64,000 nt of DNA, taken from NCBI GenBank assembly GCA_947630135.1, contig CANRGH010000009.1, positions 1,287-65,286 of the forward strand, read 5' to 3'. The number at the start of each line of letters is the position of its first letter. The stretch's first letter is position 1. A model generated the notes under the pieces. The model searched no databases. It had not been told where the DNA came from and worked only from the letters and a program-made list of their open reading frames with translations. Of the stretch, positions 8,801-16,926 are shown piece after piece. The position numbers and the translations under genes are program-made. Source of the DNA: an uncultured Monoglobus sp. (GTDB lineage: Bacteria; Bacillota; Clostridia; Monoglobales; Monoglobaceae).

Positions 8801-10766
8801 GATAAGGGTCATAAGTATCACCGGGATTATTTTCCTCGATGTCTGAATTATTATCGGGACCGTTGCTATTATAATGAATTGTTACATTATCTATAGAATC
8901 TTCATATGTCACCACAATCGAATCCCATTCTTCTTTACTGCCTTCATAATATATATCAGTAAGATTTGAGCATCCTCTGAAAGCGCTGGTATAAATTTCT
9001 CCTACGCCTCTATGTATAATCAAATATTTTAAATCATAACAAGCGCGAAATTCTAAATGTCCCAGACATTTTAGGCTTCCAGGAACTTCTATTGCTGTTA
9101 ATTCTTCACAATGATAAAACGGCCAAATAGACAAATCTGTTACAGTATTAGGAATTGTATATTTACCGGATTTACCTTCTGGGCAACAATATAATACCGT
9201 TTTAGTTTTATTGAATAATACACCATCATCTGATGAATAATATTGGTTATTTTCAGACACATTAATTGTCTCTAAAGAAGTGCAATTCTCAAACACATTA
9301 TATCCGCCATTTATATCATTTACGTTATCGGGAATCGTAATTTGTTGCAGTTTCCTACATTCATTAAACGTCCAAACGTCAATTATTTTTAAACTGTTGG
9401 GTAAAACAATATTTTCCAAAGATGAACAATGATCAAAAGCTTGTCGTTTAATTTCTTCAACTCCTTCGGGAATAATAATATTTTTTATGCTTGTGCAATT
9501 CATAAAAGCAAATTCATTGATTAATTTAATTTTACCAAAAAAGTTAACATTTTCCAACAATTCACACTTTTTGAACATATTGTCGGAAAGGACATCATTA
9601 TATAAATTAACTGTTTTTAAATTTGTACACTCCTCAAAAAGGCTGTATCCAACACTTGTAACGCTTTTTGGTATACTAGCAATTAATAAATTGCGACAAT
9701 ACGAAAAGGCACTATAATCTATATTGACAACATTTTCAGGAAGATCTATATATAATATTCCAGTACTACGAAATGCGTTATTTCCTATATTAATAAGATT
9801 TTGTGGGAAATTGACAATGGTTAATTTTTTGCACTCCTGAAATGCACAATCGCCAATATCTGTAACTCCATTAGGTATATCAATACTTTCTAATTTGTAG
9901 CAATATCTAAATAGACCCGCATTTATTTTAGTAATTTTGCTGGGCAACTTAATACTAATAATATTTTCGCATTTACGAAAGGCATAGCTGTCAATATTTA
10001 TAACACTTTCAGGAATTATTAATGATTTTAAACCTGTGCATTCATCAAATGCACCATATTCTATAGTCTCAACATTTCCGGATATATTAATATTTGTTAA
10101 TTTTGTATCATAGCTAAATGCATACTTTCCTATGACTTTTACACTTTCGGGAATATCAAATGTATCGGAAGTAGATTTTGGACATCCAATTATCTTTGTT
10201 AAATCTTTATTATATAACACATTATTTCGTACAGAAAAACACTCATTATTGGAATCAACTTTTATTTCAATCAAATTATTACAATTGTAAAAGAAATTGC
10301 CGTCTATCGTTTTCACATTTTCCGGAATATATAAATTTGTTAATTTATCACAGTCATAAAATGCACCTGTTTCTATATGCTCTAAGTTATCGGGCAAATC
10401 AACAGTTGTTAAGTTATCACAGTCGTCAAATGCATGACTGCCTATTTTTATTATTGTATCAGCAAAAACTACACTAGTAAGTCTATTACACCAGTTAAAT
10501 GCATTTTTCCCAATGCTCGTTACTCCATCTTCGATTACCACTTTAGAAATACGACTATGATACCAATTAGGCACACCATCTGTATCCGACATTTCGCCTG
10601 TACCACTGATTGTGAGAGTGCCAGTTTCATCTAATGTCCAAGTTAAATTGTCACCATCAATACCGCATGTACCACTTGATACGGCATTTGCATGTGTTGG
10701 CACAAAAATAATTGTGCCTATCAGTATCAACGACAATAACAAACTTATAATCCTTTTCATAAACAT
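5856..10766 (-). CDS. Large secreted BspA/TpLRR leucine-rich-repeat surface protein (LRR1). Order: signal peptide, N-cap, LRR array, unknown central region, atrophied Ig-like domain, InlB B-repeat, PT/S linker, C-terminal FxW domain
   Basis: Repeats of the form IPxxVxxIxxxAFxxCxxL; GSIITWESNN...VSRP; FDTMGGS...GFIFDGWY...LYAKW; RBS AGGAG. Confidence 0.88.
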   Translation of the reverse strand: MFMKRIISLLLSLILIGTIIFVPTHANAVSSGTCGIDGDNLTWTLDETGTLTISGTGEMSDTDGVPNWYHSRISKVVIEDGVTSIGKNAFNWCNRLTSVVFADTIIKIGSHAFDDCDNLTTVDLPDNLEHIETGAFYDCDKLTNLYIPENVKTIDGNFFYNCNNLIEIKVDSNNECFSVRNNVLYNKDLTKIIGCPKSTSDTFDIPESVKVIGKYAFSYDTKLTNINISGNVETIEYGAFDECTGLKSLIIPESVINIDSYAFRKCENIISIKLPSKITKINAGLFRYCYKLESIDIPNGVTDIGDCAFQECKKLTIVNFPQNLINIGNNAFRSTGILYIDLPENVVNIDYSAFSYCRNLLIASIPKSVTSVGYSLFEECTNLKTVNLYNDVLSDNMFKKCELLENVNFFGKIKLINEFAFMNCTSIKNIIIPEGVEEIKRQAFDHCSSLENIVLPNSLKIIDVWTFNECRKLQQITIPDNVNDINGGYNVFENCTSLETINVSENNQYYSSDDGVLFNKTKTVLYCCPEGKSGKYTIPNTVTDLSIWPFYHCEELTAIEVPGSLKCLGHLEFRACYDLKYLIIHRGVGEIYTSAFRGCSNLTDIYYEGSKEEWDSIVVTYEDSIDNVTIHYNSNGPDNNSDIEENNPGDTYDPYHVRLSYPKKFYVIEDKTLPGTPSTKKSEYAEELYEWAKEFGYDAAITPYEAQEIINKYMPTTVYMDNSMALTADEYTTYDIMRDIIMLNSTLKSVNLWEDEYLKNVDVIDLNKTTDKIKKITAEYTEYISSVERNPMATVIYNIYSQKLVNTAGKYVYKVTKSQLIPDVEMILEEGGINELYSQMTESIAAWKDSGLGSLSGIPSDVYEELKSKSAKTVASEVFKTFINDLGDQYKSVAVIQEAASATKSYISDFKSTSLIAQFAPNTLFEVQLLKLGQKVFETINNVKSAQYFMINYYFKHNAPNIYNKIVDSNGDIVDYIDWIMLINSGEYESSSFANNLMQNWYNTNGNLVDGVDRLELMSLSNNTAQIQLMDINSLRKSVVEYWAEELTMDDKSNNYQIQYTFHKDDSFEIQDSNNSTLGYYNPVDGYKQNFISLASMAVMSDHDEFTVTRDNENSSVCVTTLDKTIKIVAVNQTHPSIVTIVNHDGDVYSLAYQNKNDKKIIYTITSDTIIGIDDSGETLEPLAEYNNNQSRIDLDTNNTKIGYSAGENANNVRSNIELESGGLYGSIITWESNNENIINSDGVVSRPDETQHVSMTATISNGDAHKIKSFELKVIGTDITVDFDTMGGSGVQSQTIKENESANSEIMPQKNGFIFDGWYFDDEYHYPYENQPLTQSVVLYAKWIPDETYVEPTMQPSEMPTTGPSTLPSAFPSVLPTTSPSAAPMVSPSTAPTSSPSATPSVAPTATPIVKPTASPTATPTIAPTATPTASPTVTPLVTPTATPTASPIATPTASPTAIPTASPTVMPTTSPTVTPTASPTVTPTASPIATPTASPTVTPTTSPTATPAASPTAKPTTSPNASSTETPTIQPTAEPTTEPIDNMVYVINDLTFLDENVNVSVSNILGFGAKLIVGSYSSDNVLTDIKSADITTLPGETNNIILKLNLKNAAYVKVFVWDNLDRLEPLAEYVEVSL
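6202..6640 (-). repeat. About 18 degenerate 24-bp tandem repeats encoding (PTASPTAT)-like 8-aa units
   Basis: Recurring GTCGGACTTGCCGTGGGCGTCACA-like unit on the + strand. Confidence 0.9.
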
Positions 10767-10777
10767 ACAACTCCTAA

Positions 10778-10935
10778 ATTAAAAATGCGCGGTGTGAAAT
10801 CACAGCCGCGCAAATAATAAAAACGCAGCTTGATTTCTGTTGCGACACAGTTCATACCGAATCAAGTACGATAATCAACGCTTGCGCTTTTATCAAGCAC
10901 AAACTTGATTCGGTAAATCATTAACTATGCCGCAA
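10778..10935 (-). promoter_or_regulatory. Structured 5' leader ending in an intrinsic terminator (candidate attenuator or riboswitch)
   Basis: 13-bp stem at 10903-10915/10855-10867; terminator GCGCGG-C-TGTGA-TT-TCACA-CCGCGC-ATTTTT just before the RBS. Confidence 0.7.
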
Positions 10936-10939
10936 ATTA

Positions 10940-10968
10940 AATATATCATATCTCAATATAAATAGCAA
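10940..10968 (-). promoter_or_regulatory. SigA promoter of LRR1
   Basis: TTGCTA-17-TATATT with extended TG. Confidence 0.6.
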
Positions 10969-11121
10969 GTATTTTTTAAAAATAAAAAGTGTTCTTCAAG
11001 AAAAACATACGCGAAAAACACTTTAAGAAAAATTTAAAACAATATAGCCGAAACTATGCTTCTACTAACTCAACATATCACCATTTTATTAAACACGCCT
11101 CTACGCGGAGCGTTTTTTTTG

Positions 11122-12951
11122 TTACCCGGCCGCCATGTTGGCGCGGTAGTATCTGCCCTTTTGGGCCATCAGCTCGGCATGATTTCCGCTTTCGCAGATC
11201 TCGCCGTTATGTATCACGATTATGTTGTCCGCGTCGCGGATCGTTGACAGGCGGTGCGCGATCGTTATTCCCGTTCGGTTCTCCATAAGGTTGAGCAGCG
11301 CGCGCTGAATATCCTTCTCGGTTTTGGTGTCGACCGAGCCCGTGGCCTCGTCGAGTATCAGCACAGGGCTGCTGTGAAGCAGCGCGCGGGCTATCGCGAT
11401 GAGCTGCCGCTGGCCCTCGCTCAGGCTGTCGCGGCTGCCCGACACAACGGTATTATAGCCGTTCGGCAAACGGCGGATGAACCCGTCGGCCCTCGCCAGC
11501 TTTGCCGCATTTTTGACCTCTTCCTCCGTTGCCTCGGGGCGCGAATAACGTATGTTCTCAAGTATTGTGCCGGTAAACAGGCAGGTATCCTGAAGCACGA
11601 CCGAAAAGCATTTTTCAAGACTTTCGCGGCGGATGTCGCGGATGTTCACGCCGTCAAGCAAAATCTCGCCGCTGTCCGCGTCATAAAACCTCGTGAGCAG
11701 ATTTATGATCGTTGTCTTTCCGGAGCCAGTTTCGCCGACCAGCGCGACGTTCTCGCCCGGACGCACCTTGAACGAGATATTTTTCAGCACCGGCTTTCCG
11801 GGGATGTATGAAAAGCACACGTTTTTAAACTCGATCCCGCCCTTCATATCGTCCATGGAACGCGCGTCGCCGCGGTCGGGCGGCTCCTCCGCTTCGTCCA
11901 TTACCTCAAACACGCGCTCTGCTCCCGCGAGCGCCGACTGAATATTGTTGAAAAGTCCCGCAATCGAGTTAAGCGGCGTGGCGAACTGCTTTGAGTATGT
12001 CATAAAGCTGACCGCCGTGCCGATAAGCAGACCGTGTCTGGCGCAGAGAATTCCGCCGACTGTGGCGGTTATCGCAAACGTCAGGTTGTTTATAATATTC
12101 ATCAGCGGCATCATATATCCCGCCCATGTCTGCGCGCCCGTGCCGCTTGAGCGCAGATTTTCGTTTATTTCTGCGAACTCATTGAGCTTCGCGTCCTCCT
12201 TTGAGAACGTCTTGATCATTTTAAGGCCGTATATGCTCTCCTCGATAACGCCGCCCAGCTCGCCCAGAGCGCGCTGCTGCTTATAAAAATACCTTCTGCT
12301 CCGCGAAGCGATGACGTTGGTCAGCAAAAACACCATAGGCACGCACACAAGCACGGTCAGAGTCAGCGGAACGCTGAGCGAAAGCATTATCACGAACGAT
12401 CCGATAAGCGTCAGCGCCGCCGAAGCGAGCTGCGTCGCCGACTGCGCGATCGTGCCGCTTATGGTATCGGTGTCGTTGGTGAGGCGGCTCATTGTGTCGC
12501 CCCTCTGCGTGGTATCAAAAAACGACAGCGGCAGCTTTTGCAGCTTTGAGAACAGCTCAAAGCGCAGCGCCGAAACGAGCCGCTGAGATATTTTGAGTAT
12601 CGTCACCGAGCTTATCGTGTTTATTATCCAGTTGGTCACATAAAGGCCGACGATCACGGCTGTCATCGCGTAAAGCAGACCGAGATCGACCCGCATAAGC
12701 TCCGGAATAAACGCGTTGAACGCCTTTCCGACATAAAGCGGGATCAGCACCGAGATGCCCGACGAGATCAGCGTCAGCGCGACCGCGGCAAGCACCGGCT
12801 TTTTGAACCTCAGATACACCGCCATAAGGCGCAGAAGCGTTCCCTTTTGGTTCTTGGCGCGCTCGTTGTTTGAAAACCTCGCGACGCCGCCGACCTTCGG
12901 GCCGCCCATTCTGGGCATTTCCATTTTTTTGTTTCGGTTAATGTCCGCCAT
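11122..12951 (-). CDS. ABC exporter permease/ATPase, consensus-site subunit of a heterodimer
   Basis: Start reassigned to MADIN at 12951; GETGSGKTT, LSEGQRQL, LILDEAT, IAHRLST. Confidence 0.92.
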   Translation of the reverse strand: MADINRNKKMEMPRMGGPKVGGVARFSNNERAKNQKGTLLRLMAVYLRFKKPVLAAVALTLISSGISVLIPLYVGKAFNAFIPELMRVDLGLLYAMTAVIVGLYVTNWIINTISSVTILKISQRLVSALRFELFSKLQKLPLSFFDTTQRGDTMSRLTNDTDTISGTIAQSATQLASAALTLIGSFVIMLSLSVPLTLTVLVCVPMVFLLTNVIASRSRRYFYKQQRALGELGGVIEESIYGLKMIKTFSKEDAKLNEFAEINENLRSSGTGAQTWAGYMMPLMNIINNLTFAITATVGGILCARHGLLIGTAVSFMTYSKQFATPLNSIAGLFNNIQSALAGAERVFEVMDEAEEPPDRGDARSMDDMKGGIEFKNVCFSYIPGKPVLKNISFKVRPGENVALVGETGSGKTTIINLLTRFYDADSGEILLDGVNIRDIRRESLEKCFSVVLQDTCLFTGTILENIRYSRPEATEEEVKNAAKLARADGFIRRLPNGYNTVVSGSRDSLSEGQRQLIAIARALLHSSPVLILDEATGSVDTKTEKDIQRALLNLMENRTGITIAHRLSTIRDADNIIVIHNGEICESGNHAELMAQKGRYYRANMAAG

Positions 12952-12952
12952 G

Positions 12953-14659
12953 CTACACCACCTCCACCGTCTGCGACTCGTATATCTCGCGATAAATCGG
13001 GCAGGTTTCAAGCAGCTCGCTGTGGTTTCCCCAGCCCGCAAGCTCGCCCTCGTCAAGCACCAATATTTTGTCCGCGTCCATTGCCGCCGAGCAGCGCTGC
13101 GTGATGAGGATCACCGTCCGCTTTTCCTTTGATATGTTCGCCTTGACCTTCTTTTCGGTTATCGGGTCAAGAGCGCTTGTCGCGTCGTCAAGCACGAGTA
13201 TCGGCGAGTCCTTCATGAGCGCTCTCGCGATAGAAATTCTCTGCTTCTGACCGCCCGAAACGTTAACTCCTCCGCTGCCGAGCAGACTGTCCGCGCCGCG
13301 CTTCATGCGGAAAACAAAATCCGCCTCCGCGTCTTTGAGCGCGGCCTCGGTTTTCTCGTCCGGCGCGTCGGGATCGCTCCAGTTTACGTTTTCGCGAACC
13401 GTGCCCGAAAACAGCGTCGCCTTCTGCGGCACAAGCGCGATCGCGCGCCTTAATGCCCCGACAGCCATGTCTCGTATGTCGATCCCGTCGATCAGAACGG
13501 CTCCGTCCGTCACGTCATAGAGCCTGAGCAGCAGCCACGCCACGGTCGATTTGCCCGATCCTGTCGGGCCGATTATCGCGAGACGCTCCCCGGGCTTTAC
13601 ATTAAAAGAAAGATGATTGATCGACGGCAGGCCGCTTCCGCCCGGATACGAGAACGTAACGTTGCGGAACTCGATCCCGCCTTTGATCTTCGGCTCCGGG
13701 CCCGCGTTCACAAAATCATTCTCGCTCGCGATAACCTCGCTGACGCGCTCGACCGAGGCGCGGGTCCTGACGAAGGTGTTAAATATGTTGGTGATCATCA
13801 GAAGCGACGAAAGTATCTGCGTCATGTAAACGATAAAAGCCGAGATCTCGCCCGGCTGCGCGAGTCCGACGCCGAACAAGCGGCTGCCGAGCAGCAGCGC
13901 CGCTCCGGTCGCGAACCCTACCGCGAGCGTCAGTATCGGCGAGATCAGCGTGATCACTATCTGCGCGCGGACGCCTTTTCGATAAAGGTCGTCATTCTTT
14001 TCCCTGAACCTGTCAAGTTCCTCGTTATAGGTTCCAAAAGCCTTGACAAGCCGTACTCCCATCAGATATTCCTCAACGGTGGTGTTGAGCTTATCCATCG
14101 ACTTCTGGAGCCTGCGGAACGCGGGATGCGAAAGCCTCATGCTTATGAACAGCAGCACTCCCACGACCGCCACCAGCGAATAGACGATAACGCTCATTCT
14201 GAAATTGAGCATCGAGGCCAGAACAATGCTGCCGACGCAGGTCAGCGGTGCTTTGAAAAAAATCCGCATGGTGCCGTTGGCGAACTGCGTAAGCTGCGTC
14301 ACGTCGTTTGTCATGCGTATAATAAGAGAGCCGCTTTCCAAACGGTCGCAGCTCTCCTGTCTCAAATTCAATATTTTTTTAAAAAGATCATAGCGCAGAT
14401 CCGCGCCGAAACTCTGCGAGGTGCGGCTTGCCAGAATATTGCGCGAAACGGCGAACACCGCGCCGAGAGCGGTGATAAATATCATCCGCAGTCCCCAGTA
14501 ATAAACCGCGGAAACCGAGCCGCCGCCTATTCCCTCGTTTATGATATGCGACATCAGAGTCGGGCCCATAAGATCGCAAAGTGCCTCCAGCGCGACGCAG
14601 ATCACCGCCGCGAAAAAACCATACTTATATTTTCCGAAATAACGCGCGTACAGCTTCAA
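12953..14659 (-). CDS. ABC exporter permease/ATPase, degenerate-site subunit
   Basis: GPTGSGKST, VSGGQKQR, degenerate LVLDDAT and ITQR (TM287/EfrA-type); TTG start. Confidence 0.92.
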   Translation of the reverse strand: MKLYARYFGKYKYGFFAAVICVALEALCDLMGPTLMSHIINEGIGGGSVSAVYYWGLRMIFITALGAVFAVSRNILASRTSQSFGADLRYDLFKKILNLRQESCDRLESGSLIIRMTNDVTQLTQFANGTMRIFFKAPLTCVGSIVLASMLNFRMSVIVYSLVAVVGVLLFISMRLSHPAFRRLQKSMDKLNTTVEEYLMGVRLVKAFGTYNEELDRFREKNDDLYRKGVRAQIVITLISPILTLAVGFATGAALLLGSRLFGVGLAQPGEISAFIVYMTQILSSLLMITNIFNTFVRTRASVERVSEVIASENDFVNAGPEPKIKGGIEFRNVTFSYPGGSGLPSINHLSFNVKPGERLAIIGPTGSGKSTVAWLLLRLYDVTDGAVLIDGIDIRDMAVGALRRAIALVPQKATLFSGTVRENVNWSDPDAPDEKTEAALKDAEADFVFRMKRGADSLLGSGGVNVSGGQKQRISIARALMKDSPILVLDDATSALDPITEKKVKANISKEKRTVILITQRCSAAMDADKILVLDEGELAGWGNHSELLETCPIYREIYESQTVEVV

Positions 14660-14699
14660 GAATGCGCCTCCAGTTCCAACCGCCTAACCCTGTTTATTT

Positions 14700-16187
14700 T
14701 CAATCATCGACCGTGATCAATCCCCTTGACATCTTCGCGTCGAGTATCCTCATCACGCAGCCGTCGATCTGCTCGACCGGGATACGGCCGTCTGCCACGG
14801 CTGTTCCGATCGCGTAATGCGCCTCATTTATGTCGGACGGCATAAGCAGGATGTCAACGCCCGCCTGAACGGCCGAAACGCAGGCGTCGGTCGTGGTGTA
14901 TATTTTGCTTATCGCGCCCATGTTGAGCGCGTCAGTCATAATGACTCCGCTGAAGCCGACGTCGTTCCTCAAAAGCCCGATCATCATGGACGACAGCGAC
15001 GCGGGCAGATCAGAGCCCGTAACCTTCGGCGCGGAAATGTGGCCGACCATGGCGAAATCGGCGTCCGCCTCGGCGCCCGCGCGAAACGGCAGGAACTCCG
15101 TTCCCGAAAAGTCCTCAAGCGTCCTGTTTGTCATGACAAATCCGTCATGAGTGTCGCCGCTCGCCGAGCCCATGCCCGGAAAATGCTTTATGCACGCGCT
15201 TACGCCCGCGGCCTGCATGGCCGCAATCTCGCTTGAAACCATCGACGCGACAATGTTCGCGTCAGAGCCGAACGAGCGGCTGCCAAGCGCGGAAGAGCTT
15301 ATAACGTTCACGTCCGCGACCGGCGCGAAATCGAGGTTCACGCCGTATTCTTTAAGGTTTGAGCCGAGAGTTGTTCCGACCTCGGCGGCCTTTTGCGGAT
15401 CGCCCGTGCTTCCGATGTCTCTCATGGGAGGCATCTCGGGGAAGCCTATGCCGGCCTTGCCCAGCCTCGCGACGGTGCCGCCCTCCTCGTCAATTCCGAT
15501 AAGAAGCGGGGTCTTTGAGTAGCTCTGCGTGTTTGAGATCATCTGCTTGAATTGATCCGCGCTCTCGATATTCTGCGCGAAATATATAAGTCCGCCGACC
15601 GGATACGCGGCGAGCGCATTCTGTGTCGTCTCGCCGGCCGACACAACCGTGTCGACCCCGGTAATGCTCTCGGGCGTCACGATCATCATCTGATATATCT
15701 TCTCGTCAAGCGTCATGCCCGCGACTCTGTTTTTCAGGCTGTCAAGACGGGCATGAGCGCCGATGTAGGCCGATTTTGTGGGATCATCCCACTCGACATC
15801 ATATCCGAACGCCTCCGAAACCGCACGAAGAGGTATAAGCGTCCTGCTGTGCTGCGCGTCGATCATCGGCGCCGCGTCAAGCGGAACGCTTTTGCTTCCG
15901 ACGTACATGGTGCTGCTGCCGATCGTGAGGCTCACGGTCGTGCCGTCCTTGGCGCCGATAGCCGTCCTCGTGCCCGAGTCCCAGCTGACCTCCGCTCCAA
16001 GCGCCTCAAAAATCGCCCGCATGGGGACAAGAACTCTGCCCCCAAGAATAACAGGATCGGCGTCAAATGAAAGCTCGCCGTCGTTCACATAGACCGTAAC
16101 AATGTTGTTGTCCGCCGCGTATGCCGCGCCCGAAAACACGGTAAGCGCGATACACGCCGAAATAATCGCAGCAAAAAATTTTTTCAT
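14700..16187 (-). CDS. Secreted GH3 beta-N-acetylhexosaminidase (NagZ-like) with an N-terminal copper-amine-oxidase-N cell-surface domain
   Basis: Signal peptide; GRVLVPMRAIFEALGA; IGIDEEGG, KHFPGMG...DTH, MTDAL nucleophile. Confidence 0.87.
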   Translation of the reverse strand: MKKFFAAIISACIALTVFSGAAYAADNNIVTVYVNDGELSFDADPVILGGRVLVPMRAIFEALGAEVSWDSGTRTAIGAKDGTTVSLTIGSSTMYVGSKSVPLDAAPMIDAQHSRTLIPLRAVSEAFGYDVEWDDPTKSAYIGAHARLDSLKNRVAGMTLDEKIYQMMIVTPESITGVDTVVSAGETTQNALAAYPVGGLIYFAQNIESADQFKQMISNTQSYSKTPLLIGIDEEGGTVARLGKAGIGFPEMPPMRDIGSTGDPQKAAEVGTTLGSNLKEYGVNLDFAPVADVNVISSSALGSRSFGSDANIVASMVSSEIAAMQAAGVSACIKHFPGMGSASGDTHDGFVMTNRTLEDFSGTEFLPFRAGAEADADFAMVGHISAPKVTGSDLPASLSSMMIGLLRNDVGFSGVIMTDALNMGAISKIYTTTDACVSAVQAGVDILLMPSDINEAHYAIGTAVADGRIPVEQIDGCVMRILDAKMSRGLITVDD

Positions 16188-16367
16188 ATATAAAGCCCTC
16201 TTTCCACAGGTTGAATTTCTGCATTATTTTATATTTTACACCATTTGTTGAGATAAGTCAAATGATTTTCCACAATATTTAGAAAAATTTAAAAATTATT
16301 AAGATGTTTTAAATAATAATCAAAAACGAAGGATTAAATATTTTTATCCGTTTTTTGAAAATAAGTC

Positions 16368-16396
16368 TTGACAAACAAAAAATAATGTACTATAAT
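16368..16396 (+). promoter_or_regulatory. SigA promoter of tRNA-Ile2
   Basis: Perfect TTGACA-17-TATAAT. Confidence 0.88.
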
Positions 16397-16442
16397 ATTT
16401 AAAGTTCTGCGGCCGAGAAGCCAAAGAAAACCGTATAAACAC

Positions 16443-16519
16443 GGACCTTTAGCTCAGTTGGTTAGAGCAACCGGCTCATAACCGGTCGGTCCGGGGTTCG
16501 AGTCCCTGAAGGTCCACCA
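16443..16519 (+). tRNA. tRNA-Ile2 (CAT anticodon, lysidine type)
   Basis: Cloverleaf with anticodon loop CT-CAT-AA and encoded CCA; the GGACCTTTA acceptor stem matches the Bacillus Ile2 type as I recall it; elongator Met not fully excluded. Confidence 0.85.
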
Positions 16520-16522
16520 AGC

Positions 16523-16560
16523 AAGAACCATGCGAACACTTGTCCGCATGGTTTTTTTAT
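16523..16560 (+). terminator. Terminator after tRNA-Ile2
   Basis: AACCATGCG...CGCATGGTT followed by a T run. Confidence 0.8.
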
Positions 16561-16688
16561 GCCCGAGTTCTCTTTTACGCTGTATATATATCCTGCTCAA
16601 AATCAGCGGTAATAAGACGGTTCCCAATGGCAAGAAAACGGGATAAAAAATGTTCTCACAGGCATAAGTCCTGTAAGAACATTTGCGC

Positions 16689-16772
16689 TGGTGCGGGCGA
16701 CAGGACTTGAACCTGCACGGGAAGCCCACCAGATCCTAAGTCTGGCGCGTCTGCCAGTTCCGCCACGCCCGC
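16689..16772 (-). tRNA. tRNA-Leu (TAG)
   Basis: GCGGGCGTGGCGGAACTGGCAGACGCG-CCAGA-CT-TAG-GA-TCTGG, long variable arm, CCA end. Confidence 0.95.
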
Positions 16773-16783
16773 GAGACTTTGGT

Positions 16784-16812
16784 ATTATATCAGATAATAT
16801 TTTGTTTGTCAA
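16784..16812 (-). promoter_or_regulatory. SigA promoter of tRNA-Leu
   Basis: Perfect TTGACA-17-TATAAT with TG. Confidence 0.88.
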
Positions 16813-16926
16813 CTGATTTATTGCCAAAACTGCTTCAAATTTCTGTACCATATAACAAAAAATTGTGTTGAGGAAGCTCCGAAACAGTGTTAAAATAATT
16901 ATATAATAAATTTTACGGAGCGCGTT

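Noticed and set aside
10778-10935. c-di-GMP-I/II or c-di-AMP riboswitch, or a leader peptide (MIYRIKFVLDKSASVDYRT)
   Set aside because: The diagnostic GGCAAAC/GACGCAAAGC, GCUGAAUC and similar motifs are not seen; the short ORF has no RBS or amino-acid run. Only cmscan can settle this
13613-14716. Long antisense ORFs (also 32628-33680, 52389-53582, 61358-62116 and others)
   Set aside because: Typical shadow ORFs opposite GC3-rich genes; no RBS and no family motifs
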